A stretch of DNA of 64,000 bases from Patescibacteria group bacterium (GTDB taxonomy: Bacteria; Patescibacteriota; Patescibacteriia; 2-01-FULL-39-33): assembly GCA_041662745.1 (NCBI GenBank), contig JBAZRV010000001.1:69837-133836 (forward strand), written 5' to 3'. Both the position numbers and the translations under genes were made by a program. Below the pieces are notes generated by a model that had not been told where the DNA came from, did no database searches, and saw only the letters and a list, made by a program, of their open reading frames with translations. This document shows positions 29,029 to 38,585 of this stretch, piece after piece (the first letter of the stretch is position 1; the number at the start of each line of letters is the position of its first letter).

Positions 29029-29135
29029 ACCCGCGGCTGCCTACTTTCCCCACAAGGAGTATCATCGGCGCTGGAGGTCTTAACTGCTGAGTTCGGGATG
29101 GGATCAGGTGTATCACCCCCGCTAGAGCCACGGAA
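29029..29135 (-). rRNA. 5S ribosomal RNA (boundaries approximate)
   Basis: Reverse complement contains the 5S core ...CCTGATCCCATCCCGAACTCAGCAGTTAAGACCTCCAGCGCCGATGATACTCCTTGTGGGGAAAGTAGGCAGCCGCGG. Helix I pairs CCGUGGCU with AGCCGCGG. Confidence 0.8.
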
Positions 29136-29530
29136 ATTCTATAGCTAAATCAGTAAAGAAATGTTATGAGCCGCGGCAATCAAGCCGCAAAACTCATGGG
29201 TGTGACAGCGAATTACATATCCCGACAAGCCGGCGAACCGGCAGCGGGGTGTTATCCATTCTTGCGATTAAACTAAACCATTAGTATCGCTCGGCTGAAC
29301 GCATTACTGCGCTTACACCTGCGACCTATCAACCTCCTCGTCTCGAAGGGGTTTAATGAAATCTAATCTTGAAGACAGCTTCACGCTTAGATGCTTTCAG
29401 CGTTTATCTTAACCGAACGTAGCTACCCAGCGATGCCCTTGGCAGAACAGCTGGTACACTAGAGGTTCGTCACTTCCGGTCCTCTCGTACTAGGAAGTGG
29501 CCTTCTCAAATTTCTGCGCCCATGGTAGAT

Positions 29531-30284
29531 AGGAGACCGACAAATATGTTACTCTTTCGAAATCATTATCGAAAGGCTCCAAATATTTCTATTGGAGTCT
29601 GCATATCGCTATGCAGTTCGGACTATATCTTATCGCTTACGGCGATTCTGACGTATAGTCTCTGAGGATTTCAAATAATCTAATAATTTATCCTGGCTTA
29701 CCTTGCGGTAAGCGCCTTGCTTATTCATAGAATAAGCCAGTTTAATAATATATTGCGCACCAGTTTTGGTGCTATGCTTTCCAGTGCTTAACATTTTAAC
29801 TACCTTCTTAAAGGTTAAAAATGTTTTTTGCTTATTAGAGAGCAAGGGATACTGATCAAAAAAAGGAATAATCTTGTTTTCCAAATCAAGCCTGTTTCTA
29901 ACGACAAATACCTGAGTATCATCTTTGGTATTTTGGCGATGGTTACATTTGATATAACCGCAACCGAAATACTTTTGGATTTCTTCTAGGGTTTCGTGTC
30001 TTAAAAAGCTTTGATTAATGTGGAATTCAGGAATGAATTTCAAATTGCATTTCATTTTATCATCACGATAAATGGCAATATGGAATGTCCCCTCTCCTTC
30101 AGTAAACCCGGTAATATACCACGGACTTAGATGACTTGATCTTTCCTGCTGATTGTCTGCACTCAACACATTTTTACTCATAATACATTAATTATATCAC
30201 GAGTAGTGTGAGATACCCAAGTCCCCCTATAGGGACTTTTCCAGAGTTTCCAGCATTTAGTCAGATTTATAGACAGCAAAGTCT
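29531..30284 (-). mobile_element. group I intron in 23S at the I-CreI/I-CeuI-type site (E. coli position about 2593), encoding a LAGLIDADG endonuclease
   Basis: Exon ...AGAUAGGAGACCGA ends at 29530 and ACUGUCUCACGACGUUC resumes at 30285. This is the conserved ...GUGAGACAGU|UCGGUC junction. The intervening 754 bp have no rRNA similarity. Confidence 0.75.
29630..30181 (-). CDS. LAGLIDADG homing endonuclease (single-motif type, 183 aa), intron-encoded
   Basis: LAGLIDADG-like motif WYITGFTEGEGTFHIAI near the N-terminus. The size is typical of I-CreI-like homodimeric enzymes. Confidence 0.8.
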   Translation of the reverse strand: MSKNVLSADNQQERSSHLSPWYITGFTEGEGTFHIAIYRDDKMKCNLKFIPEFHINQSFLRHETLEEIQKYFGCGYIKCNHRQNTKDDTQVFVVRNRLDLENKIIPFFDQYPLLSNKQKTFLTFKKVVKMLSTGKHSTKTGAQYIIKLAYSMNKQGAYRKVSQDKLLDYLKSSETIRQNRRKR

Positions 30285-30328
<44 letters not shown>

Positions 30329-30362
30329 TGGCGAACAGCCAAACCCTTGGGAGCTTCTCCAC

Positions 30363-30395
<33 letters not shown>

Positions 30396-30934
30396 GAACC
30401 TGGTCGTCGATATGGACTCTTGGACCAGACTAGCCTGTTATCCCCGGAGTAGCTTTTATCCGATGAGCTTCCACCATCCTACATTGAATGGTCGGATCAC
30501 TAAATTCTACTTTCGTAACTGCTCGACTTGCAGGTCTCGCAGTAAAGCTGGCTTGTGCTTTTGCGCTATCACTCCGATTTCCATCCGGAGCTAGCCAACC
30601 TTTGTAAACGCCTCCGTTACATTTTGGGAGGCAACCGCCCCAGTTAAACTACCCACCATACACTGTCCCTCTCCCGGATTACGGGAGGAAGTTAGAATTA
30701 TAATATAACAAGGGTGGTATTTCACTGGCGCCCGAAGGCTCCCACCTATTCTAAACATATTAGATCACAATTCAGTGCAAAGTTGTAGTAAAGCTTCACG
30801 GGGTCTTTTCGTCTAACCACGGGTAGGAGGCATCTTCACCTCCCTTGCAATTTCGCTGAGTACTTCGCTGAGACAGTTGTCAAGTCGTTATGCCATTCGT
30901 GCGGGACGGAACTTACCCGTCAAGGAATTTCGCT

Positions 30935-31625
30935 TCAAGTTTCCTTTCTTGGGACTCTATCTTCATCCCGATGGGATGCTTAGCGTTTGGTCTCTGAGGA
31001 TTCTAAAAATCGAGCTGGTAATCGACGGTTCATTTGTTCAATGATCCCGGCGATTTGTATTTTTCCCTTCTCCTTAAGATGTTTTCCTTGCTTTATCAAC
31101 TTTATTATCTTGATAAATTTTTTGAAATCATCCGCCTTGGCTGTTTGCAGCCGGCGAGCAGAGAAAAATGGGATTATGACTTCGGATAAATCACTGATTG
31201 ATCTTACGCAATACCGATAAAGATTCTCTTGATGGTTATCTTTACGGCGGTTGATATAAATCTTGCCGCAGCGAAAAAATTTTTGTATTTTTTCTAGTGC
31301 TTTAAGACTTTTTTCTCCCTGCGTAATCACAAATTCAGGAAAAATCTGCCAGCCTGATTTGGTAGTGTGATTTTTGATGATACTGACTGAAAAACAGCCC
31401 TCACCATCAGTAAATCCGACTATCCAATGCTCGAATTTCAGCCTTTCCTGCTGATTGATCGACATAAATTAAGTTATTTTCTATGGTATAATTTTACCAT
31501 AGTTTTGTCGATTTTCCCAGCATATGGCTAAGTATTTTGGACCATTCTTATATTGCTATAAGAAGAGGCAGCGTTAATAGATAACGGTCCCAGTCCTTTT
31601 GCATCCGAATTATTTCCGATGCAAA
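30935..31625 (-). mobile_element. group I intron in 23S at E. coli position about 1917 (domain IV, helix 69 region), encoding a LAGLIDADG endonuclease
   Basis: Exon ...CAAGGAAUUUCGCU ends at 30934 and (A)CCUUAGGACCGUUAUAG resumes at about 31626. This matches the conserved GGUCCUAAGGUAG|CGAAAUUCC junction. Confidence 0.7.
30980..31465 (-). CDS. LAGLIDADG homing endonuclease (single-motif type, 161 aa), intron-encoded
   Basis: Motif HWIVGFTDGEGCFSVSI. Paralogous to the 29630..30181 protein. Confidence 0.8.
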   Translation of the reverse strand: MSINQQERLKFEHWIVGFTDGEGCFSVSIIKNHTTKSGWQIFPEFVITQGEKSLKALEKIQKFFRCGKIYINRRKDNHQENLYRYCVRSISDLSEVIIPFFSARRLQTAKADDFKKFIKIIKLIKQGKHLKEKGKIQIAGIIEQMNRRLPARFLESSETKR

Positions 31626-32457
31626 ACCTTAGGACCGTTATAGTTACGGCCGGCGTTCATCTGCGCTTCGATTCAAAGCTGCCCCGGTAAACCGGTTGAC
31701 CTCTCCTCTTAACGTTCAGACACTGGCCAGGCATCAGCCCCTATACATCAGCTTGCGCTTTAGCAGGGACCTAAGTTTTTGGTAAACAGTCGCTTGACAT
31801 CTTTAGCTGCGCCCCAAATAAATTTGGGGAGGCCTTATCCCTAAGTTACGGCCGATTTTTTGCCGAGTTCCTTAGCGAAGTTTCTCTCATACACCTGAGG
31901 CTACTCGCCTCATCCACCTGTGTCGGTTTAAGTACGGTTGCCTTGATCTTAACCCTAGAAGTTTTTCATGGCACTCGGTTTAATATAATTGAGTCCGCCT
32001 TGCGGCTTCCTCTGCTGCCGTATTCGTTGCTTAATGACCGGCGGATTTGCCTGCCGATCACAACTACTAACGTCATCGTCATAGCCATAGGACGATATAT
32101 CTCCCCTGATGCGTCACTCCTTCGGAAAATCAAGCCAGCGCAGGAATATTAACCTGCTCATCCATCGGCTACGCCTTTCGGCCTCGTCTTAGGACCGGCT
32201 AACCCTGGGTCGATTCTCGTTGCCCAGGAAACCTCGGATTTACGGTGTCTAGAATTTTCATCTAGATTCTTGCTACTTATGCCAACATTCTTACTTCCTA
32301 GCAGTCCACCGCGCCTCACAGCTACGGCTTCGTTCCGCTAAGAACACTCCTCTACCACTCTATATAAATATAGAATTCGCAATTTCGGTACTATGTTTAG
32401 CCCCGATACATTTTCGGCGCAAGAAAACTTGACCAGTGAGCTATTACGCTATCTTTA

Positions 32458-32488
<31 letters not shown>

Positions 32489-33987
32489 TTGTCGCGGTCT
32501 TGATACCACCTTTTACACTTAACATAGATTTAGGGACCTTAATTGGCGATCTGGGCTGTTTCCCTTTTGACTGATGGACCTTAGCGCCCATAGTCTGACT
32601 TCCGAAATAAAGATTACCGGTATTCGGAGTTTGATTGAAGACAGTAACCTTGCGGACCTGTCCTCATTCAGTGCTCTACCCCCGGGTCTATTTTCGAAGC
32701 TAGCCCTGAAGCTATTTCGAGGAGAACCAGCTATCACGAAGTTCGATTGGAATTTCTCCGCTATCCACAGCTCATCCCCAAGTGTTGTACAGCTTGTGGG
32801 TTCGGGCCTTCCCAGACTGTTACATCTGGTTCACCCTGGCCATGGATAGATCACCTCGTTTCGGGTCTTATCCGCGCTACAATTGTTCGGACTATTAATC
32901 CTCGCTTTCACTGTGCCTTCTCCCCGAAGGGATTAAGCAAGCAACGCAGAATAAACTCGTTGGCTCATTCTTCAATAGGAACGCCGTCATCCAGAATTCG
33001 TATTGCTACGACCTTGGACTCCGACTCGTTTGTAAGCAAATGGTTTCAGATACTATTTCATCGCCCTAACCGGGCTGCTTTTCACCTTTCCCTCACGGTA
33101 CTTGTTCGCTATCGATCATCAAAAGTATTTAGCCTTGCCATATAGTCATGGCGGATTCCTACAAGATTTCACGAGTCCTGTAGTACTTTAGATTATAACG
33201 ACGGAAGTACGATTCTTTTCGCGTACGGGGCTTTCACCCGCTCTGGCCGGCTGTTCCAAAACCGTTCCGCTAAAAATTTTATTCCGCTCGGATACAAGTG
33301 CAATCCGCTGGTTATAATCATCACCCCAAAGCAGCAACGGGCACTCCTTTATGCCGACGCTACGCTTTCCCCTTGCGGGAAAAGTTTCACACCGGCAACA
33401 CTGCTAAGGTTTAGGCTGCTCCGCTTTCGCTCGCCACTACTCGCGGAATGCAATCCATAGATCCGTGTCCTGCTTACGCAGAAAACGGAACTAAGGATTC
33501 AATTTTTTCTTTTCCTCCAGCTACTGAGATGTTTCACTTCGCTGGGTTTGCGTTTGTAACCTATGAATTCAGTTACAAATGACGCGGGTTTGCCGCGCCG
33601 GGTTTCCCCATTCGGATATCTCCGGATCAAAGGTTGCTTGCCACCTCCCCGAAGCTTTTCGCAGGCTGCTACGTCCTTCATCGCCTTTTGATGTCTAGGC
33701 ATCCACCATTCGCCCTTAATGTTTAATCGCAAGAATCTGGATAACTTATAAAAAAGAAAATTGCCTTATTCTGTCATTCCCGAAAATTTGCAGTGAGTTT
33801 TCGACTAATGTCGAAACGAACCAAAATTTATCGGGAATCCAGCATTAAGAATTTCCTCTTGTAAGAGTTTTTCCTTATTCTGTATTTTATTACTAAAATA
33901 CTAAAAGTATGTACTCATTAATAATTGCAATTCGCTGCCACGCCCATAAATTTGGCGCGGCATTAAATTACCCATTTCTTTACTATG

Positions 33988-34004
33988 CACTATTCAGTTG
34001 TCAA
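33988..34004 (-). promoter_or_regulatory. conserved 17-mer TTGACAACTGAATAGTG (minus-strand sense) about 255 bp upstream of 23S. An identical copy lies upstream of 16S. Candidate rRNA promoter -35 or regulator site.
   Basis: CACTATTCAGTTGTCAA is identical at 33988..34004 and 56608..56624, each about 250 bp upstream of an rRNA 5' end. Confidence 0.4.
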
Positions 34005-34540
34005 TGTTCCCAGGTTCAGGATATTTGACATTAACTTCCGCAATTTGAGCGATAAATTTCTTTATCAGTCGGATCCGAAAGCTAACAAAAAAACCGCTTT
34101 CTCCAAGCGGTTCGGGCGGACACTAAAAAGTTAGTCCGTCAGACTTGGAGAAGAATTATTAGTGATGTTTAACCTCATATGGTTGTTCCTTTCCAATATG
34201 CCCTCCGGCATTTATGGGTTAAAGAGACAAACTTAGCTGAATTTTGGCTCTGCAAAGCCAAGCTTTGATTTATTCAACAGTATTAGTCAGATGTCTACAA
34301 TTATATGTTATTTTTTATACAATGTCAAGAGATAAATTAAAAAACAAAATAATACAAGAAGGGCCAACCGCACCGCGGTATAAAATTAACGAAGATTTTA
34401 TCTAAATTTAAACAAATTTTATCTATTTTTCAACTGTGACCTGGGGAATAATAATCAAAATCAACCGCTAACCTCTAAACCCCATTATTTCTCAATTTAT
34501 TAAATAATTATTGACTTTTCCCCAGCTTCTCCACTAACTA

Positions 34541-34569
34541 TTGACTTTTTATTTAAGAAATGCTAATAT
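34541..34569 (+). promoter_or_regulatory. sigma70-like promoter (TTGACT, 17-nt spacer, TAATAT)
   Basis: Good -35/-10 pair in the AT-rich region upstream of the 34721 gene. Confidence 0.35.
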
Positions 34570-34720
34570 TATATGATTTAGTACGTTGAAAATTTAAGAT
34601 TCCATGGAATATGGGCAAGTCAAAACAGCCATAAAAAGGCAAGTCCAAAGGCAAATGTCAAAAAATCGCAAATAACGGCAATAAAAACAAAAAAACAACC
34701 CCAACAGGAAAGGACGAACA

Positions 34721-35578
34721 ATGAATACTCTGCTCAGCCTTTGTCTCTGGCACTCTTTGTACATCGGCATATTGGCCGCCGCACTATCGCTTTTTACTAT
34801 CTCAATCATTCCGACTATAATCTTGGTCAATGGCATCAAACAACGCCGTAATAGCCGCTACAATTTCAAAATTACCTGGTTTCCGCCTCAGTGGTTAATG
34901 AGCTGTTTTTATATGTTGGATTATGTGATGGATGTTATCTATCATAAAATCAAAAAACTGCCTGTACCGCCCTGGCAAGAATACAGGAATTCAAAATATA
35001 CCATTGACTTTTTTATTGAAAAAACGGTTGGGGAGGATGGGATTATTGGCGGATTGATTTCTACACTTTTCGGCAGTTTAGTGCTTGCAATAATTAATGG
35101 CGCGGTTGTCTGCCTGATTTTGGGATTGGCCAGCCTGTTGCTTTTCCTGTGGTGGCTAACATTGCCGATCATCATTATCTGTCTCGCCTTCCTATTCCTT
35201 TATCGCAAGTATCGCGAGTACCAGTCGGCCCTGGAGAGGCAACGGAAAGACAATGGGGATTTGCGAGCAATCATTGAGGAATTCAGAAAGGGTTATGACG
35301 ACATAAAAGTGTGGTTGCAACAAAGCAACCCGGCCGATCAAGAAATTCATGAGCAACCTGAGGCGGTGAAAAGCGACCCGGCTGACCGGACTGCTGCCGG
35401 CGCCGAAGATGCTACCGCTCTTGCCGGTGACACCGCGAAACAGCCTGCCACGGAACAGGCCGTTGACAAATCGGAAAAAAAACCGACGGACGGCCCGAAG
35501 ACGGACGGTCCGAAGAAGACGCGAAAGCCACGACGGAAAACTTCCCAAAAGCCGGATGACGCCGGCTCCGATACCTAA
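34721..35578 (+). CDS. hypothetical polytopic membrane protein with a disordered charged C-terminal tail
   Basis: GGAAAGGA SD. About 5 TM helices. The C-terminus is rich in K, R, D, E, P and T. Followed by a terminator at 35596..35620. Confidence 0.55.
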   Translation: MNTLLSLCLWHSLYIGILAAALSLFTISIIPTIILVNGIKQRRNSRYNFKITWFPPQWLMSCFYMLDYVMDVIYHKIKKLPVPPWQEYRNSKYTIDFFIEKTVGEDGIIGGLISTLFGSLVLAIINGAVVCLILGLASLLLFLWWLTLPIIIICLAFLFLYRKYREYQSALERQRKDNGDLRAIIEEFRKGYDDIKVWLQQSNPADQEIHEQPEAVKSDPADRTAAGAEDATALAGDTAKQPATEQAVDKSEKKPTDGPKTDGPKKTRKPRRKTSQKPDDAGSDT

Positions 35579-35740
35579 ACAATCAGCACCTTACGCCGAC
35601 CAGCTTGACTGGTCGGTTTTATTATGCCCAAAATCGCTAAAAGGATAGAAAATAATCACAAAAATTACCTAAATTTAGATAAAAAATTTATAAATAATTA
35701 CTTTAATCCGAGGCTACTTCTATTATTTATGACAAATTAG

Positions 35741-35769
35741 TTGACAAATATTATTTTTTTTGCTAAGAT
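35741..35769 (+). promoter_or_regulatory. sigma70-like promoter (TTGACA, 17-nt spacer, TAAGAT) for the 7-gene operon
   Basis: Consensus -35, about 190 nt upstream of the 35957 start codon, downstream of the 35596 terminator. Confidence 0.4.
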
Positions 35770-35956
35770 AAGCAATCGCTTTAGGCCGATAATTCGGCGT
35801 AAAGGTGCGGACTTTGACAACTTAATAGCTTTAAAAATAAGGAGGAAAAGTGAATTAGGTAACACCAAGATACGCGATGTATTATTGGCGATTAAACCCT
35901 TAAAAACATCAAAGTTGCGCCGCTTAGCGGGTCAGCGACAACAAGGAGCTGTGATC

Positions 35957-37267
35957 ATGGCGACGGAACAAACGGACAGTGGCAACTTTTTGAACAGCAT
36001 GTTGCAGAATCTTGATACTGCCAGCCAAAAATTGGAACAAAGACCGGCAGCGACCAATTTGGGCTTTGACATCAACGCCTTACTTGGCGATATGCGGCAA
36101 GGCCTGGAAACAGCCGTCAAAGACAAGAGACCGATTTTCTCCCTGGACATCAAAAGCCGTTTACAGACGGCCGACTGGGAGCAAGTCCGTGTCAACTTAG
36201 TCAAAGAAAAGATGGATTTGGCCGGCATGATGGCCAATCTCAATATCGTACTGGAAGGGCTGGGGGCCGAGGTGATTCAACTCAAAGAGATGACACCCAA
36301 AGAAAAGGTCTCCCTGGAACAGGCCGGCGAAAGAATCAAAGAAGCCGAGCTTGCTTTGGCCAAGGCGGAAACAAAACGCTTGTTCCGCAAGAGCGCCACT
36401 CTCAAGGCTCAGGCCGGCTTAGCGTCCGCCAAACAACTGGAAGTGGCGACTAAGGAACGCATTAACAGAGCGATGCGTGATCGGATTAATAATGCAACGA
36501 TTGAAGATAGCCTGACAGCCTACAAACTGGCTTGCGACCGGCTCTTAAAAGCCATGCAGGCGCGCGCTCAATCTCAGAAAAAGCAATTGGAGCAAGACAA
36601 GTCGCAGAAACGGCTGGCGTTTGAAACGCACGCGCAAGCGACCGAGGCCTGCGAAAAGATTGAACAACAAATCAATGCGCTCAAGGGCGAGTTGGCCGAA
36701 GCCGAGCAAACCCTAATAACGATGGACAAGTCCGATAAGGGCTTTGCCAAACAGGACCAAAAAACTTCCGATTTGAAACAAACATTGAATGCCTTGCAGG
36801 GCAAGTACAACATTTGCATGGCAATCGCTCAGGAAGCGCAGAACTTTGCGCATCAATTGGATCTTCATGTCCAGACGATTAATGACCTTTTGACCATCAA
36901 CCTCACCTGGCAAGCCATGATCACTAAGCAGGTGGAATACCGCCAAACAACGGTGCGTTCCTGGCTGGAAGCCACCAAGTCCCATCAGGATTTGGCGTCG
37001 GCCGAAGAATTGAACCGAGCCGGTCGCGGAGTTGATGCCAGGAGCATGGCCAGTATGGCGGAAATCAGAGCCGCAGCGCAGAAAGCGCTAGTCAAAGCGC
37101 TTCAAGAGATTCCGGAGTGGCTCAGGCTCTACCATGAAATCATGGCGGCTTCCAACCAACAAGACCGGCAATTTCGCGGTGACGTAGAGGAGCAAATCAA
37201 GCTGTTTCAAAAAAATTACGGTTTTGATCTGAAAAAAGAGTCATTCTTCGGAGATAATGAGAAATAA
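35957..37267 (+). CDS. long coiled-coil hypothetical protein (436 aa), first gene of the unannotated operon
   Basis: Trimmed to the ATG at 35957, which has a CAAGGAG SD. Almost entirely helical, with heptad-like repeats rich in A, E, K, Q and L. Confidence 0.6.
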   Translation: MATEQTDSGNFLNSMLQNLDTASQKLEQRPAATNLGFDINALLGDMRQGLETAVKDKRPIFSLDIKSRLQTADWEQVRVNLVKEKMDLAGMMANLNIVLEGLGAEVIQLKEMTPKEKVSLEQAGERIKEAELALAKAETKRLFRKSATLKAQAGLASAKQLEVATKERINRAMRDRINNATIEDSLTAYKLACDRLLKAMQARAQSQKKQLEQDKSQKRLAFETHAQATEACEKIEQQINALKGELAEAEQTLITMDKSDKGFAKQDQKTSDLKQTLNALQGKYNICMAIAQEAQNFAHQLDLHVQTINDLLTINLTWQAMITKQVEYRQTTVRSWLEATKSHQDLASAEELNRAGRGVDARSMASMAEIRAAAQKALVKALQEIPEWLRLYHEIMAASNQQDRQFRGDVEEQIKLFQKNYGFDLKKESFFGDNEK

Positions 37268-37352
37268 ATAACACACGCAACGGAGGAGATCCTTAATCTT
37301 GGATCTCCTCCTTTTTCTTTCACTACGGCTAATCGCCATGAAAGGAGTTGTT

Positions 37353-38585
37353 ATGGGAGGACTATCATTTTTTGGCCAGGGATTAAGCACGGTTGACATT
37401 ACCCCCTCTGACTTAAGACGATCTGCTGACGAGCTTAACAGATTAGTCGGTGAGGATTTTACCAACGGCGGCAGCATGGATTTTGCTTTGCTGGAGGATA
37501 CCGACGAATACGTCAAATATTTCGCTCAGCAACTCCGGGTAATAAAAATCCTGCTGTCCTGGTGCCATAAAATCGGCAACGATGCCGGCAACCAAACCGG
37601 CATCATTATTGATTTTCTAAAACGTTTTTCTTACACCCTGGAATGCCTGCGGATGAAATACGTCCACAATAACCAGCATCGCCTGCGGGTGGACTTGACC
37701 GAATCCGGCTTCCCCAATTTTATTGAGCCGGATAATTTGAGAATTGATCTTCTGCAACGCGACGAACGATTGGCCAGTTTGCCCGGATCGGATCGCCTGA
37801 AAAAGTCAGCGCTGGAATATATGTTCAGCCATCTGGCCGAAGCCGAGGATATTTTGGCGATTTTGGGCGAACGATCTTATTTTTCCATGCTGACGGAAGA
37901 CAAGTTGTTCCTGCCGTTTACGGCCGGAGAACTGGCAATCTTGAAGTCAGACAACCCTAAAGCGCGTTATTACAGTTTCGCTTGGGCTTGTTTTGACTTT
38001 GCCACTAACCGTCCCTATTTATATCTGATGCATTTTGCATACGATAATGATTGCGAACCGCTGGAAGAACGCGGCCAGAACTGGAAAGAATTCCGGCACA
38101 TCATCACCAATGTCGGCTCGCGGGCTCCCCAGCTCGGCATCCTGGCTTTGGACATTGATGATCGCTTGGCTAACGTTCATCCTAAGGCCGTCAGGCGCAT
38201 CAGTTTGGGCCCGCTATATTCCAAGTTCCTTTGCAATAACCCGTCAGCAACCGCTGACAAGTGGCAGGAGGCTTGGTGTCGGATTATGACGGAATTCAGT
38301 CGGAAGGAAGACGATTTTGTCTTGTTGCTGACCGAAGAAGAAGTCATTTCCGAACGGCAAGAAGTTTATGGCCGACCCCTGCGTCGCAAAGTCCGGGAGA
38401 TCTTTAAAATCAATGAACTCTCTATGGAATGTCTGAACCGGCAAGTTTCCGCAGTCAAGCATTATTGCGTTTTGCCTCATTGTTTGTTGCAACAGGCCGT
38501 CAATGATCCCCAGCTTTGCGAGTTGGGCTTTGCCGGTTTTAAATGCGTAACCTTCAACGGGGAGGATTCAATTAATGGGAGATAA
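37353..38585 (+). CDS. hypothetical protein (410 aa). Its N-terminal FGQGLSTVDITPSDL motif is shared with the 40612 gene.
   Basis: Trimmed to the ATG at 37353 (AAAGGAG SD). The N-terminus aligns with the N-terminus of the 40612..41916 protein. Confidence 0.55.
   Translation: MGGLSFFGQGLSTVDITPSDLRRSADELNRLVGEDFTNGGSMDFALLEDTDEYVKYFAQQLRVIKILLSWCHKIGNDAGNQTGIIIDFLKRFSYTLECLRMKYVHNNQHRLRVDLTESGFPNFIEPDNLRIDLLQRDERLASLPGSDRLKKSALEYMFSHLAEAEDILAILGERSYFSMLTEDKLFLPFTAGELAILKSDNPKARYYSFAWACFDFATNRPYLYLMHFAYDNDCEPLEERGQNWKEFRHIITNVGSRAPQLGILALDIDDRLANVHPKAVRRISLGPLYSKFLCNNPSATADKWQEAWCRIMTEFSRKEDDFVLLLTEEEVISERQEVYGRPLRRKVREIFKINELSMECLNRQVSAVKHYCVLPHCLLQQAVNDPQLCELGFAGFKCVTFNGEDSINGR

Noticed and set aside
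32574-33145. Track ORFs of 91 and 132 aa on the plus strand (also 28940..29131, 30328..30594, 55151..55339, 55686..56368).
   Set aside because: They lie entirely within the 23S, 5S or 16S rRNA genes and are spurious reading frames in structural RNA.
35741-35956. N-terminal 72-codon extension of the coiled-coil gene as given in the track (start at 35741).
   Set aside because: The extension overlaps the TTGACA-17-TAAGAT promoter, and the internal ATG at 35957 has a CAAGGAG SD. The 58700 extension of the GspE gene and the 8467..8664 extension of pilin paralog 1 were rejected for the same reason.
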